NCBI GenBank assembly: GCA_951406725.2
Contig: OX597823.1
Coordinates: forward strand, 105,028,001-105,092,000
Direction of reading: 5' to 3'
Source of the DNA: Octopus vulgaris
Lineage: Eukaryota
Length of the DNA: 64,000 nt
Below are positions 1-13,431 of this stretch, one piece after another. Both the position numbers and the translations under genes were made by a program. The notes under the pieces were generated by a model. The model had not been told where the DNA came from, made no database searches, and was given only the letters and a program-made list of their open reading frames with translations. Positions within the stretch are counted from its first letter, which is position 1; each line of letters begins with the position of its first letter.

Positions 1-6
1 AGTGTA

Positions 7-300
7 ATAGGCCATACCTGGCTAGTTTTAACATAAAACAGGAAAAATATTTGGACTGGATACAACCAGTTTAAATGCTAAAAGGTTAAAACACAGACAC
101 ACAAACATATGCACGCACATACATATACATATATACGACAGGCTTCTTTCAGTTTTCATCTACCAAATCCACTCACAAGGCCTTGGTTGGCATGAGGCTA
201 TAGTAGAAGACACTTGTACAAGATGTTATGCAGTGGGACTGAACCCGGAACCATGTAGTTCGTAAGCAAGCTACTTACCACACAACCGCTCCTATGCCTA
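7..300 (-). mobile_element. tRNA-derived SINE family B fragment (head GCAGGAGTGGCTGTGTGGTAAG)
   Basis: Matches copies at 7355-7772, 17343-17760, 59120-59537; left boundary approximate. Confidence 0.75.
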
Positions 301-553
301 TATATATTTAATACATTGTATATATGGACACACACATACATATACATATATATGTGTGTGTATAAGTATGCATGTATAAATGTGTATGTGTATGTGCATG
401 TGTATGTGTGTGTGTAAGTATGCATGTATTAACATGTATGTGTGTATACATATGCATGTATGTAAGTATGTATGTGTGTATACGTGTATGTGTGTGTGTA
501 TTTTATGATTTTGCTTAGGCCTAGGCCAATTGTTAGAACTTAGTGCTTTAGAA

Positions 554-943
554 TAGTAGTTCTGAATCAGGGTTCATATGACCCTTGGAAACTAATATAA
601 CATTTTTTGGGATAGACACTAACAAAATGGTAAACTGGGGCACCACAGCAGTATTTTAGGGGTGTCATTAAAAAATTTTGCTTTAGCCATAGTAATTGCA
701 ATAAACTACTAGTTCTCTTTCTCTAACACTTAACATAGTTCAACATGTTCCCAACCAAGGAAACAAGTTCAGTTAAAGAGGGTTATTGCAAGCTCACACA
801 AATGAATGGGTGAAAAAGGAAATAGGAATTTTGAAACCAGTATCAATAAACTAATTTTAAAAGATGGGATGGCTATGGGGTTCCACCAGAGTAAAATAGT
901 AATCATAGAGGTCCCTAAGTAAAAAAAATGGTTGAGAACCACT
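554..943. mobile_element. hAT-like MITE
   Basis: Degenerate TIRs TAGTAGTTCTGAA / GTTGAGAACCACT; related right end at ~17220-17258. Confidence 0.5.
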
Positions 944-1199
944 TCTTTAGAGCAAAGCAATCAGTGAGTACAGTTGTTGCATAATTGTGCTGCACAATAT
1001 GAAGATAAATACGTTTTTTAGTTGCACTTATTTTCAAACTCATTTGGTCTAAGAATGTGCATATTGGAACTAAAATAATTGCATCTTGGAAGCCCCATTG
1101 TAAACATTAAAAAAACACACAGACATTATTGTATTCACTCTTAATTTATTATTTTTTGTCATTATAATAATCACACATACACACACATACGCATACACA

Positions 1200-1230
<31 letters not shown>

Positions 1231-1345
1231 TAAACTTCACTACTTCACCTGTATCTGTTAAATGTGTGAAGTTCTTAGAGGCTGTATATTAGATTTATTT
1301 CATTTTTATATTTTTTTAACCTAATAATATTAGTTCTTAAACATA

Positions 1346-1565
1346 GGATGGTGAACTGGCAGAATTGTTAGCCTGCCAGGTGGAATGCTTAGTGGCATTT
1401 TGTCTGTCTTCACATTCTGAGTTCAAATTCCAGTGAGGTCAACTTTGCCTTTCATCCTTTCAGGGTTGATAAAATAAATACCAGTCAAATATTGGGGTCG
1501 ATGTAATTAACTTCCCCCCCTCCCCTCAAAACCTGATGGCCTTGTACCAAAATTTGAAATCACTA
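1346..1565 (+). mobile_element. SINE family C (GGCGAGCTGGCAGAA...GTTCAAATTCC); other copies at ~16818-17020, 20070-20290, 43720-43830, 60230-60390
   Basis: B-box-like GTTCAAAT; repeated within the window. Confidence 0.75.
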
Positions 1566-2245
1566 TTAGTTCTCAAAGAGACTCCTTGGCACCAACTCCT
1601 GGATTTTAGGAGAGGGGCACAGTGCATTGAGTCAACAACTCATATACATGTTCTGTACTTATTAACTGAAATACACATTTGGTACATAGCTTATCAACCA
1701 GGATATATAAATCTTAAGGTTTCTATCCTTTGAATTTCTTGAAAGTTTATCTGAGCAGTGCTGTTGAGATTGGAATTGGTTTATAAGAATTACTTATTAA
1801 CTACTAAAAGAGAAACATTATCTGCACTAATATTTATTTTGGCTCTTCACCTTTCCTTCCATGTAACTTTTGCTTTGGCTACAGGCCAAACTTTACATTT
1901 TAAAAACAGAAAATATGAATGGTAGCTTTTGGATTTATTACTGAATGTCGTCTCACTTGCTCACCAGAGTGCAACAGATGCAGCATAATAGAAATTATTC
2001 TCTCCAGAGTCTGTATACAAAGCGATATGTGTGTACTGAATGAGAAACTTCTTGAGGCAAACTTAATTATAGAAAAGCTTATCTTTTGTTGAAAGAACCT
2101 TTGGGATTTGTCAAAAATTACTGAAATGTAAAATGGGGAAAAAAAAAGAAAAAAAAAAGAAATTGTTCAAATCAAAACTCATTCTTTCAAACAATTTGTG
2201 AAATGTGAAGCACAGTAACAGCAGCTACAAAATGTTTAAATATTT

Positions 2246-2287
2246 GAACAACAACAACAACAGCAGCAGCAGCAGCACCAGCAGCAG

Positions 2288-2325
<38 letters not shown>

Positions 2326-2338
2326 ATGACAACAACAA
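2246..2338. repeat. (CAA)n/(CAG)n compound microsatellite
   Basis: Direct reading; no supported enclosing ORF. Confidence 0.9.
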
Positions 2339-3010
2339 TTTAACTATCTATTCTAATTCTTCTATTTGAAGAGGGTTTAAAAGATGGCCACAAACCCTAT
2401 CATTTTCCTTGGGCTTAGAAATTAAAATATTTTAATTCACACAAATGAAGACATGGTGGTTAAGCTCTTGGAGTCATAATGGTAAAGTCAAGGATGTTTA
2501 AGTGTAGAAGTAGCATTGCTCTGGCCCCGATAACATTATAATTTCCTGGTTCCAAATGAGTCAGGTATAATAACAACAACAAAACAAAATATGAATATAA
2601 AAGTTGTAATTGACTGCCACCCTTTATTCAAATGCCTAAATGAAGGTACATCAAAAGATGGTTCATCTTGAAAGATTCTGTCAGAAAATATACATATTGG
2701 TTTCTCATGCAGTTGAAATTTGATTGTTGTATGCAGTATAGAACAGGAAATCAAATATGTGACATGCCTTCTGCTGGAAAACAGGAACAAGCGTATGGTG
2801 TCTAGGCTATCTGTGAAATAAACTTACACTCTGCTGAGATCTGGACTTGACAGTGCCTTCCCACTGGAGAATAACAGGAAAGATTCCTCTTTTTAAAGCT
2901 GATGGTGGGCTCCAGTGAGCAAACATAAAAAATTTGCCTGTGCTAGGCTGGTCTGTCACATGAAACTCTGTGTAACAACTTTTGTTATATTTCTGCTGCT
3001 TTTAAATAAA

Positions 3011-3048
<38 letters not shown>

Positions 3049-3050
3049 GT

Positions 3051-3268
3051 ATAAAATTGGGGAAGGCCAATTTATGGGATTACCTTAGGTTTCCTGTCCA
3101 TAAAGGGTTTAGCTTTATGGTATATCGTCCCAAAACCTGTTGGCCCAAGATATTCTTAAGAGGCCTTAGGCCAACAAGTTTTGAGATGTGATGATATACC
3201 ATAAAGCTAAACCCTTTATGGACAGGAAACCTAAGGTAATTCCATAAACCAGCCTTCCCTATTTTTAT
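3051..3268. mobile_element. Fold-back element (~95-bp arms) with a degenerate hammerhead motif, next to (TA)n
   Basis: 3051-3145 is the reverse complement of ~3168-3268; + strand 3183-3243 reads GAGAT-GTGATGA-stem II (CCATAAAG/CTTTATGG)-GAAA-CCTAAGG-TA-ATTCC. Confidence 0.7.
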
Positions 3269-3449
3269 TGTATACTGCTCTATATCTTAGAGTGGGCGTC
3301 TTCCAGATTTATTTTTTTTGCAGATTATATATATATGTGTGTGTGTGTGTGTGTTTATATATATATATAATATGATATAAATAGTATATAAATATATGCA
3401 TATATACATACATATATGTACATACCTACATATATATGCATATATACAT

Positions 3450-3685
3450 GCATACATGGGTACAGGACATCAAAAAAAAATGTTGAACACAATGAGAAAG
3501 GAAAGCATAAAAGCAAAAACATAGAAACGAACTTTAGGGACAACTGAAGAAGGGGAATATTCTTTATGTTGTATGTCTCAGTTCTCTGGTTTTTTTTTGT
3601 TCCAAAAAAAGTTCGTTTCTATGTTTTTGTTTTTATGTTTTCGTTTCTCATTGTGTTCAACATTGTTTTGATGTCCTGTACCCAG
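3450..3685. mobile_element. Fold-back element (~85-bp arms) within TA-rich repeats
   Basis: GGGTACAGGACATCAAAA...GAAACGAACTTT versus AAAGTTCGTTTC...TTTTGATGTCCTGTACCC. Confidence 0.7.
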
Positions 3686-3804
3686 ATATGCATGTATATA
3701 TACATATATATATAGGTATGTACATATATGTATGCATATATGCATATATTAATATATTATTTATATTATTTATGATCGAATGCCATGCATCTTTTTCCAA
3801 GTAA

Positions 3805-3843
<39 letters not shown>

Positions 3844-4339
3844 TATATCCCCACACATACATGAGTGAATGGACAAATAGAAAAAAAGGGGCACTTAAGA
3901 TATTTAGTAGAAACTGTATTTATTATTATTTAAAACAATCTGATATGGTCCTGTGCAACTTAGAGTTTTGTAGGCTCATTAAAGTAACCTAGCTTGTTGG
4001 GCTTAGGTGGCCACACTGAGAGCTGCATGAAGTCCAAGATGGCTGCTGGAACCTGAGTGGCTATTGGTCAAAGTAGGTCAGATGCTGTTGGAATTACAGT
4101 TACAACAGATCCATCTAAATTTCTTGAATTGCATGGCTGGACAACAAATTTGTGATGCCCCATAGTCTGGCTGGCATCCAAAAGAACTTAAATGGCATCA
4201 ATAGCCAATGAGGGTAAGTTTGCATACACGCACTTCTCTGTGTGTATGCATGCATGTGTTTATGCTTGCAGTATGAATGCGTGAATGTCCATGTTTGCAT
4301 ATGTATCTACTATGTGTGTGGGTAAAGGGAGTCCATGTC

Positions 4340-4377
<38 letters not shown>

Positions 4378-5096
4378 CTGGTAGCATCAACTTGCTGGTT
4401 CATACGTATGTATTTGTTAGGGTGCGTGTGTTTATGGGTGTGGGTGTATATCAGCTATGTGTATATCAACTGTGTGTATGCTTATATGTTTGTATACATG
4501 GGTATGTGTGTATCAGATCAGTTTTGCATGTGTGTGTGCTTGAATGCATATGCATTAGTGCCTTCATTTACACACTTGCACATATAATAGGCAGAATTCA
4601 TCTTTTCAAATTTTGATGAAGGATTATGCTTGAGATGCTGGATTTTCCCATTCTCCATATATCATCATCATCATCATCATCATTTAATGTCCGCCTTCCA
4701 TGCTGGCATGGGTTGGCCGGTTTGACAGGAGCTGGCCAGGCAGGAGCCTGCACCAGATTTCTATTTATGTTTTGGCAAGGCTTTTATGGCTGGATGCCCT
4801 TCCTAGCACCAACCACCCAACAGATTGGACTGAGTGCTTTTTATGAGGCACAAGCACAGGTGAGGTCAGTTTTGGCATGGTTTTTACAGGTGGATGCTCT
4901 TCCTAACACCAACCAGTTTACAGTGTGGAGTGGAGGCTTTTTACATGGCATCAGCACTGGTGTGGCATTAATGAACTGGTTGGCTAAGCAACATCCTGTT
5001 TGACCAATGTACAGGGCAAGACAGAGAGCAAGAGATCAAAAGTACATACGTACATGCATATAAATACATACATATATTCATATATATATATCCATA

Positions 5097-6010
5097 CATC
5101 ATCATCATCATCATCATCGTTTAGCGTCCGTTTTCCATGCTAGCATGGGTTGGACGGTTCTACTGGGGTCTGTGAAGCCAGAAGGTTTCATCAGGCCCAG
5201 TCAAATCTGGCAGTGTTTCTACGGCTGGATGCCCTTCCTAACGCCAACCACTCCGTGAGTGTAGTGGGTGCTTTTTACGTGCCACCCGCACTGGTGCCAG
5301 ACAGAGCTGGCAAACGGCCACGAACGGATGGTGCTTTTTATGTGCCACCGGCACGAGGGCCAGGCGAGGCTGGCAACGGACACGAAACGGGGCGGTGCTG
5401 GCAACGGTCGCGAAACGGAAAGTTCTCTTACATGCCACCGGCACTGGTAACACATCTGCAATTTCCATTGATCGATTTCGATTCTGATCCTAACTTGCCT
5501 CAACGGGTCTTCACAAGTAGAGTTTCGACATGCCACCGGCACTGGTAACACATCCGCAATTTCCATTGATCGATTTCGATTCTGATCCTCACTTGCCTCA
5601 ACACGTCTTCACAAGTAGAGTTTTGTGTCCCAAGAAGGGAAGGTATGCATACGTAGGCTGGCTCCATCCCATGTAGAAGGCCACGGGTTATGGACTCACT
5701 TGTCTTGCCGGGTCTTCTCGCGAACAGCACACTTCCAGAGGTCTCGGTCTCTAGTCATTTCCTCAGTGAGACCTAAAGTTCGAAGGTCATGCTTCACCAC
5801 CTCGTCCCAGGTTTTCCTGGGTCTGCCTCTTCCACAGGTTCCCTCAACCGCTAGGGTGTGGCACTTTTTCACACAACTATCTTCATCCATTCTCGCCACA
5901 TGACCATACCAGCGCAAACGTCTCTCTTGCACACCACAACCAATGCTTCTTAGGTCCAGCTTTTCTCTCAAGGTACTTACACTCTGCCGAGTGTGAGTAC
6001 CAGCATTACA
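5097..6010 (-). mobile_element. 5'-truncated RTE-clade LINE: ORF C-terminus, 3' UTR and (GAT)n tail
   Basis: [12 protein letters not shown]...[17 protein letters not shown] (ORF 5696-6133); UTR ends in (ATG)n; same 3' end recurs at ~4662-4960, 8340-8480, 33050-33350, 34452-34890, 34891-35054. Confidence 0.9.
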
Positions 6011-6026
6011 CATATATACATATACA

Positions 6027-6067
<41 letters not shown>

Positions 6068-6142
6068 ATAAATATACATACCTATATATATATATATATA
6101 TATACATACATATATATAAATATACATATACATACATATACG

Positions 6143-6365
6143 TAGAGGCGCAATGGCCTAGTGGTTAGGGCAGCGGACTCGCGGTCGCAGGATCGCGGTT
6201 TCGATTCTCAGACCGGGCGTTGTGTGTGTTTATTGAGCGAAAACACCTAAAAGCTCTACGAGGCTCCGGCAGGGAGTGGTGATCCCTGCTGTACTCTTTC
6301 ACCACAATGGCGGTGCCCTAGCATGGCCACAGCTCAAGAGCTGAAACTGGAAAAAACAAACAAAA
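6143..6365 (+). mobile_element. tRNA-derived SINE family A head joined to a CR1/SINE-B-type tail
   Basis: A box TGGCCTAGTGG, B box GGTTTCGATTC; tail GGCGGTGCCCTAGCATGGCCACAGC...GCTGAAAC. Confidence 0.75.
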
Positions 6366-6545
6366 ATATATATAAATATACATATACATATATATATACA
6401 TACATATATATATACATACATACATACATATATACATATATACATACATACATATATACATACATACATATATATATACATACATATATACATACATATA
6501 TATATATATATATACATACATACATATATATAAATATACATATAC

Positions 6546-6578
<33 letters not shown>

Positions 6579-6844
6579 CATACATATATACATATAAACA
6601 TACATATATATATATATACATACATACATACATATATATATATACACACATACATATATATATATAAATATACATATACATACACATATACATATACATA
6701 CACATATATATATATATATATACATACATATATATCTACATACATACATACATATATATATACATATATATATACATACATACATATATATATATACATA
6801 CATATATATACACATATATATACATACATATATATATACATACA

Positions 6845-6885
<41 letters not shown>

Positions 6886-7080
6886 ATACATACACATATA
6901 TATATACATACACATATATATATACATACACATATATATACATACACATATATATACATACATACACATATATATACATACATATATACACACATATATA
7001 TACATATACACACACATATATATACATATACATACATATATATACACCTATATATATATACACACACACATATATATACA

Positions 7081-7130
<50 letters not shown>

Positions 7131-7165
7131 TATACATATATCTATACACACATATATATATGTAT
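6366..7165. repeat. Degenerate (TA)n/(TACA)n array
   Basis: Direct reading; source of spurious YI/MYV ORFs. Confidence 0.95.
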
Positions 7166-7321
7166 GACGAACTTCCTTAAGTCTCCGTCTACCAAACCAA
7201 CTCAAAAAGCTTTGGTCAGCCTGAGGCTATAGCAGAAGACACTTGCCCACACTTGTGGCACGTGCCCAAGGTGCCATGCAGTGGGACTGAACCTGGAACC
7301 ATGTGGTTGGTTTCCAAGCTA

Positions 7322-7354
<33 letters not shown>

Positions 7355-7356
<2 letters not shown>

Positions 7357-7769
7357 TCTTTACTCTTTTACTTGTTTCAGTCATTTGACTGCGGCCATGC
7401 TGGAGCACTGCCTCTAGTTGAGCAAATCACCCCCAGAACTTTGTAAGCCTAGTATTTATTCTATCGGCCTCTTTTGACGAACCGCTAAGTTACAGGAACA
7501 TAAACACACCAGCAACGGTTGTCAAGCGATGCTGGGGGGACAAATACAGACACACAAACATATACACATACATACATATATATATATACATACATACATG
7601 AATACATATACGACGGGCTTCTTTCAGTTTCCATCTACCAAATCCACTCACAAGGCCTTGGTCAGCTTGAGGCTATAGTAGAAGACTTGCCCAAGGTGCC
7701 ATGCAGTAAAACTGAACCCGGAACCATGTGGTTGGTAAGCAAGCTACTTACCACACAGCCACTCCTGCG

Positions 7770-7772
<3 letters not shown>
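7355..7772 (-). mobile_element. SINE family B, full length
   Basis: Head GCGCAGGAGTGGCTGTGTGGTAAG; tail GACTGAAACAAGTAAAAGAGTAAAAGAG; flanked by (TA)n. Confidence 0.85.
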
Positions 7773-7807
<35 letters not shown>

Positions 7808-7809
<2 letters not shown>

Positions 7810-8150
7810 ACACCCTAGCGATTGAGGAAACCTGTGGAAGAGGTAGACCCAGGATGAAGTGGTGAAGCACGACCTTCGAACATTAGGCCTCACTAAGGAA
7901 ATGACTAGCGACCGAGACTTTTGGAAATATGCTGTGCTCGAGAAGACCCATCAAGCCAAATGAGACCTTAACCTGTGGTCTATGCCAGGAGTGTAACCAG
8001 CCCACTTATGCGTACCTTTTCCTTCTTTGGTCACTAAACTGAAGACCTGTTGAGGCAAGTGAAATCAAAATCAAATCAAAATGCACCATACGAGTGTGAT
8101 TGTTGACAGAGCAGCTATTCAAGTATGATCGTATCATGGACATTCACACA
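7808..8150 (+). mobile_element. RTE LINE 3' fragment
   Basis: Homologous to the reverse complement of 5600-5860. Confidence 0.8.
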
Positions 8151-8169
8151 TTCATATATAATGTATATG

Positions 8170-8200
<31 letters not shown>

Positions 8201-8219
8201 TTTATATATTATATATATA

Positions 8220-8343
<124 letters not shown>

Positions 8344-8509
8344 TCATCATCATCATTTAGCGTCCGTTTTCCATGCTAGCATGGGTTGGATGGTTCAACT
8401 GGGGTCTGTGAAGCTGGAAGGCTTCATCAGGCCCAGTCAGACCTGGCAGTGTTTCTACAGCTGGATGCCCTTCCTAACGCCATATATATATATGTATATA
8501 TATGTATGC

Positions 8510-8551
<42 letters not shown>

Positions 8552-8569
8552 CATTTGGATTCAGTTCTC

Positions 8570-9430
8570 ATCCCTAGCTAGTGACTGTCACACACTGATG
8601 ACAGGTTGCTACCCAGAAACCCAGGTCTGTGTGTATCACATAAGGCCAGAGATGGAATGATTTCCCTTTGCAAATATTGATTGGACACAGATAATGTGTC
8701 ATTAGCCAGCTGGAGGAAGTGCATCTTTTTCAGCTGTCAGTCGTAGGTCAACGTTGACTGTTCTCGTTCAGTAATCATCTCTGGCAGGCTTGCATGTGTG
8801 TTGCAAGTCCTGCTCTTGACCTGCAGCAGCGATGACATCTATTGAAGCTTCTTGGTACAGCAGAGAAGTGATGCTGTTCATGTGCTCTTTTGTATTCCCT
8901 CTGTTGTTTCTCCCCCAATAGCTGAAATTGCAAGCCTCAGCGATTGGTGTGATTCATCATGCTACAGGGCCTTCCTCACTCAGTTGTCTGAAGAGATGCC
9001 AGAGTTATTCATATGTCTTTTCAGTACATCCCTGTATCGCAACTTCTGGCCACCATGGATCCCTCTGCCCTGACACAGTTCACCATAAGAAATTGTCTTT
9101 GGGAGTTTGCTGCCCTCCGTTTTGCAAACATATCCCACCCAGTGCAACTATGATGTTGTAATGAGGGGCCCCACACAAAATGTGTCAGAGCGGTGCAAGA
9201 TTTTTGCATCAAGAATGTGATCCTGCCATCTGATATGCAAGATATAGTGCAGATGACAAAGTTGAACTCGTGTCTAGGCCTTGATGCCCCTGCAGTAGAG
9301 GGTCATGCATTCTGTGACATAGAGAACACAAGGAAGCACTGTGGTACCATACACCTTTATCTTTGTGTTGCAGACAATATCATAGCAGCTCCATAGATAC
9401 TTCTTGAGAGACCCAGAGGCCTTTGTGGAG
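8570..9430 (-). mobile_element. Degenerate RTE-like LINE fragment
   Basis: Decayed post-RT coding remnants; many stops. Confidence 0.45.
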
Positions 9431-9441
9431 GATAAGACAGT

Positions 9442-9484
<43 letters not shown>

Positions 9485-9640
9485 TTAATTAGATAGATAG
9501 ATAGATAGACAGCTAGACAGATAGACAGATAGATAGATAGATAGATAGATGATAGTTAGATAGATAGATAGATGATAGATAGATAGTGAGGTAGATAGAT
9601 AGAGGATAGATAGATAGATAGATAGATAGATAAATAGATA
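9442..9640. repeat. (GATA)n microsatellite at the Tx1 3' flank
   Basis: Direct reading. Confidence 0.95.
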
Positions 9641-9942
9641 ACTTTCTTTTATTAGCCACACAGGGCTGAATACAGAGGGGACAAATACAAATGTAGAGCT
9701 TTTCTTTTCGAGGGTGGAAAAAAGGAAATAAATGTAAGATTGCGATCAAAAGGGATCGAGAGGAAAAAAAAAAAAAAAAGGAAAGAAATCGTGTATCACA
9801 GAAACATTGATAAAAACATTGATAAAACAAGATTGGGTTCATCCGTGGGAAGAAAAGCCTACAGAAAAGACCACGGGAACCTCAGTCAGGGAGGAAATAA
9901 GCACATGAGAGCAAAATGCTCTCTCTCTTTCTTTTTTACGAT

Positions 9943-12900
9943 TTACAGGGTCATGCTCAAAATGGTTTCGTCACTCGCACGCACCATCTTTGCAACATTC
10001 ACCCATCTTTTTTTTAATCTTTCGCGAGACAAAACTTTCCTCTCCATTCTCACCTTCCTTTTCAAGTGGTACTTGAAAAAGTTGATGAGCGATTGGCCAA
10101 AGAGGTAAGTGTTTGTCTCTAATCCTTTCGCTCGGGTCCACCACACACATTCTTTCACCATGGCCACCAGTACGATGAAAACTGCCTTGCCTTCCCGGTT
10201 GAGGGAAGGGGGCGGAGCAATTCTCACGAGAGACTCGACCGATAGGCGGATTCGTCCCACACGTGACAGCGGCCGTTCGGCATAAGCCCACAGGTCTGAA
10301 ATGGTTGGACATTGCACGAGTGCGTGCAGAACGGTTTCGTCACTCTGACCGCATTGCGGGCAAGTCGGTCCAGTGTGTCTGGAACCGTGTCTGTAGAGCT
10401 TATCCCGAACAGGTAATGCTTCTCGATAGCATTGCCAGGCCAGGGATCTTTGGTGATTGTTCATAGGTCCCGGCCCGAAAGTTGTCCTGAACAGGTGGGT
10501 CAGGTGTTCCTCGTCGACGCCCAGACTCTGCCCGAGTTCGTCGTCGCACCTCCCCTCCACTAATCCTCTATAGAATGCCTTTGTTGTGATGGAGTCGCAC
10601 AAGTTCGACCCCGGACGGCAGAGTTGCTTGAGAGCCATTCGCCTAGCCACGGTCTCTGCTTGATCCATGACTGTAGTTCGTCCAAGGAGACGAGCTGCGG
10701 GAAACGCGTGCCGCACAAAAGGCGACCACACCTGTTCACCGTCGTCTATGAAGCGCCGGAGATGTCGCAGTCTCAGCGCATGTCTGCGCATCATCAGCCA
10801 CGGTATGCCCAGCCCTCCATTTAGCGGGTGTTGACAGCAAATGGATCGCCTAACCATCGGAACGTTTCCCTTCCACAGGAAGCGGAAGAGTATACGTTCC
10901 AGTTTGGTGATGGTAGGGTCGCGACAAGGCACGACGGTCAGACGATACTCGATGACGGATGCGATGTACGCGTTCGCCACCTCCGCCCGACCTTTTAGGG
11001 ATAGCTTTCTCTCAGCCCATTTCTGGGTGAGAGTAGCCACCCTAGTCGTTATCTCGCCCCAGTTCTTCTCCATTTGGAGGTCCGGACCGAACCAGACCCC
11101 GAGCAATTTAACCGGTCCGTCTGTCCAGCGTCCCACGATGGAGACGCTGTTGGACGGCATGGGCCTGCTTCTCCAGGTGCCGATCCGTAAGCCCACTGAC
11201 TTTTCTCGGTTAATTTTTGCTCCCGTTACCGCTTCATATTCTTTTAGTGTCTCGCCGACCAGCTCGATGCGCTGGTAGCTCGACACTATGACGGTGACGT
11301 CATCCGCGTATGCAGACACGCTCCTCCCGCATCCCAACTCTCGTGGGATGCCCCTCAGCGTCGCCAGTTTCCGCAGTAGTGGCTCAAGAGTCAATACATA
11401 TAGCAGCGATGAGAGGGGGCATCCCTGACGAACCGAACGCATGATGTTAAAAGGTCTGGATAGATGACCATTTACGCGAACTACTGAGCAGATTCCGCTG
11501 CATAAGGCAGCGATCCAACCGCGGAAAACTGGACCGAAACCAGCCGCTTTAAGGACAGCCTCCAAGTAGTGATGGTCTACCCTATCGAAAGCTTTTGATT
11601 GATCCAAATTGATCAGCGCCCCACCCATGCCAGGATTCTTAACTACCCTGTCTATGATGTAGCGCATCAGATGGAGGTTGTCATGAATACTTCTACCCGG
11701 CACGGCGCATGTTTGCGCCTTGTCGATTAGTTTCTTGATGACAAGCGCCAACCTCTTCGGCTAACACCTTGGCCAAAATTTTCAAATCTGCGTTGAGCAG
11801 AGTGATGGGCCTGAAATTATCTATGACGTCCCCCTTGTTTGGGTCTTTCTTAATCAGTGCCACTGCTCCTCGCTTTACAAAAGCAGGAATGCTCCCGTTT
11901 TGCTGCCAGTTGCAGTAGACAGCTGCCAAGACGCCTCCAAACAAGTCTGGCATATGACAATAAAGTTCATAGGGCAGACAATCCAAGCCTGGTGACTTGT
12001 CTCTCGCGCAGCCCTCCATCGCATCCTGTACGTCCGCAGTTGTGATAGGTCTTTCACAAGACTCCGCCTCTCTTGCTGAGAGTCGTGGCAAGGCATGCAG
12101 GTAGGCACTAAAGTCCACTCCGCGTTCTGACCCACCACTTGTCCCAAACAGTTGGGTGAAGTGTTGTTGAAAAGCCCCACACATCCTTTTAGGCTCGAGC
12201 AATTCGCGCCCCTGTTCATCTATAAGAGACTTGATGGTGGCGCTGTTGCCTCGTTGCGTCTCCACCACTCGGGCCTCTTGGGCGGCTCCATCTCCTTCGT
12301 TCCTCAGAGCACGTATCCTAGCTCTGACAACGCATCCCTTGTGTTTGGCTTTGAGGTGTTGGTCGAGGGCCAATCTCGCCGCCAGCACGTTGGACGCGAT
12401 GCCAGTTCTAAGTGTCTCTTCTAAAACCTTAACTAATTCACCCTCTATTCTATTTCGGTCTAATGCTAGGGCTTTACTGTATCTGACTGATTCTGCTTTA
12501 ATTGCTTTTTTAGGGCATACCACCATCTGTTGTTGATGATGGTACCCGTCAAAGCTCTCTTAACTAATGTGCTGATCCGGTCCCTGTAAACCTGTCGTGC
12601 TGTAAAAGACGCGTTCAGTTTCCAGTAACCAGGACCTTGCCTATGTGTCTTATCTAAGTCAAGTGTACAAGTCACAAACTTGTGATCTGTGTAACTGACT
12701 ATATGAAATTGTGGACAACCTACACTATTTTTATATATTGTCCTACAGAATACTCTATCTAAGTATGATCTGGACGACCCGATGCGGTTACTCCATGTCC
12801 ACATTGGCACATTCGGGTGGTCCAGTCGGTACCTGTCAGACAGTTGGAAACGTCTGAGCAGGTCTTTGAGGCATTTGCATCCCCTTCTATTGCTATCTCT

Positions 12901-13362
12901 GCCCACGTAGTCTAGATGCGTGTCCAGGGTGGCATTCCAATCCACCACTAAAAGTAAAGGACGAGACGTTCCCATGAAAGACTCTAGACGTCGAAAGAAA
13001 TCTGGTCGGCCTGTTAAGGACGGAGCATAAACTGTTATCAGTCGAAAAGCACACTCATTGCTTCCATCGACATCCAAAACGACCAGCCTACCCTCCGGGT
13101 CTAGGAAAATTGCTCTTACTTTGAGATCCAGACTCTTCGGGAGAAGCACCGCGGTGCGACCTCCGCCCATTATCGGTAGACACGGAGAAAAATAAATGTT
13201 GAAATGTGTACCGAACATGTGCTGGAGTGCCCGCGAGCTGTGGAGTCTGGTCTCACTGATAGCTATGATATTCAGATTTAGTGACTTGATGTCATTTAAC
13301 AGGTAGCCTTGTTTCCAAGGCGACCCCAAGCCACGTACATTTATACTGCCTATTCTGAGCAT
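9943..13362 (-). pseudogene. Tx1-type ORF2 (APE endonuclease, reverse transcriptase, C-terminal Zn finger), frameshifted near 12510 and 11755
   Basis: GSINVRGL, ISET, DWN, SYLDRVF, TDH (APE); FRPITLLNADLKILAK, DQSKAFDRVDH, VRQGCPLS, YADD (RT); CPQCGQSDETVLHALVQC; split over ORFs 12466-13362, 11693-12526, 9943-11751. Confidence 0.93.
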
Positions 13363-13431
13363 GTTCCGATAAAAAATTGTCTTTTACACACGAAAAGAAA
13401 GTGCAAAAAAGGAAAGAGAGAGAGAAAAGGT

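Noticed and set aside
2246-2338. PolyQ coding tract
   Set aside because: No supported ORF or exon context
6143-6215. tRNA genes at SINE heads
   Set aside because: A/B boxes present but sequence continues into SINE bodies without a full cloverleaf
6299-7205. Long YI/MYVC-rich ORFs (also ~8100, 15773, 24271, 44127, 49250)
   Set aside because: Translations of microsatellites that lack stop codons
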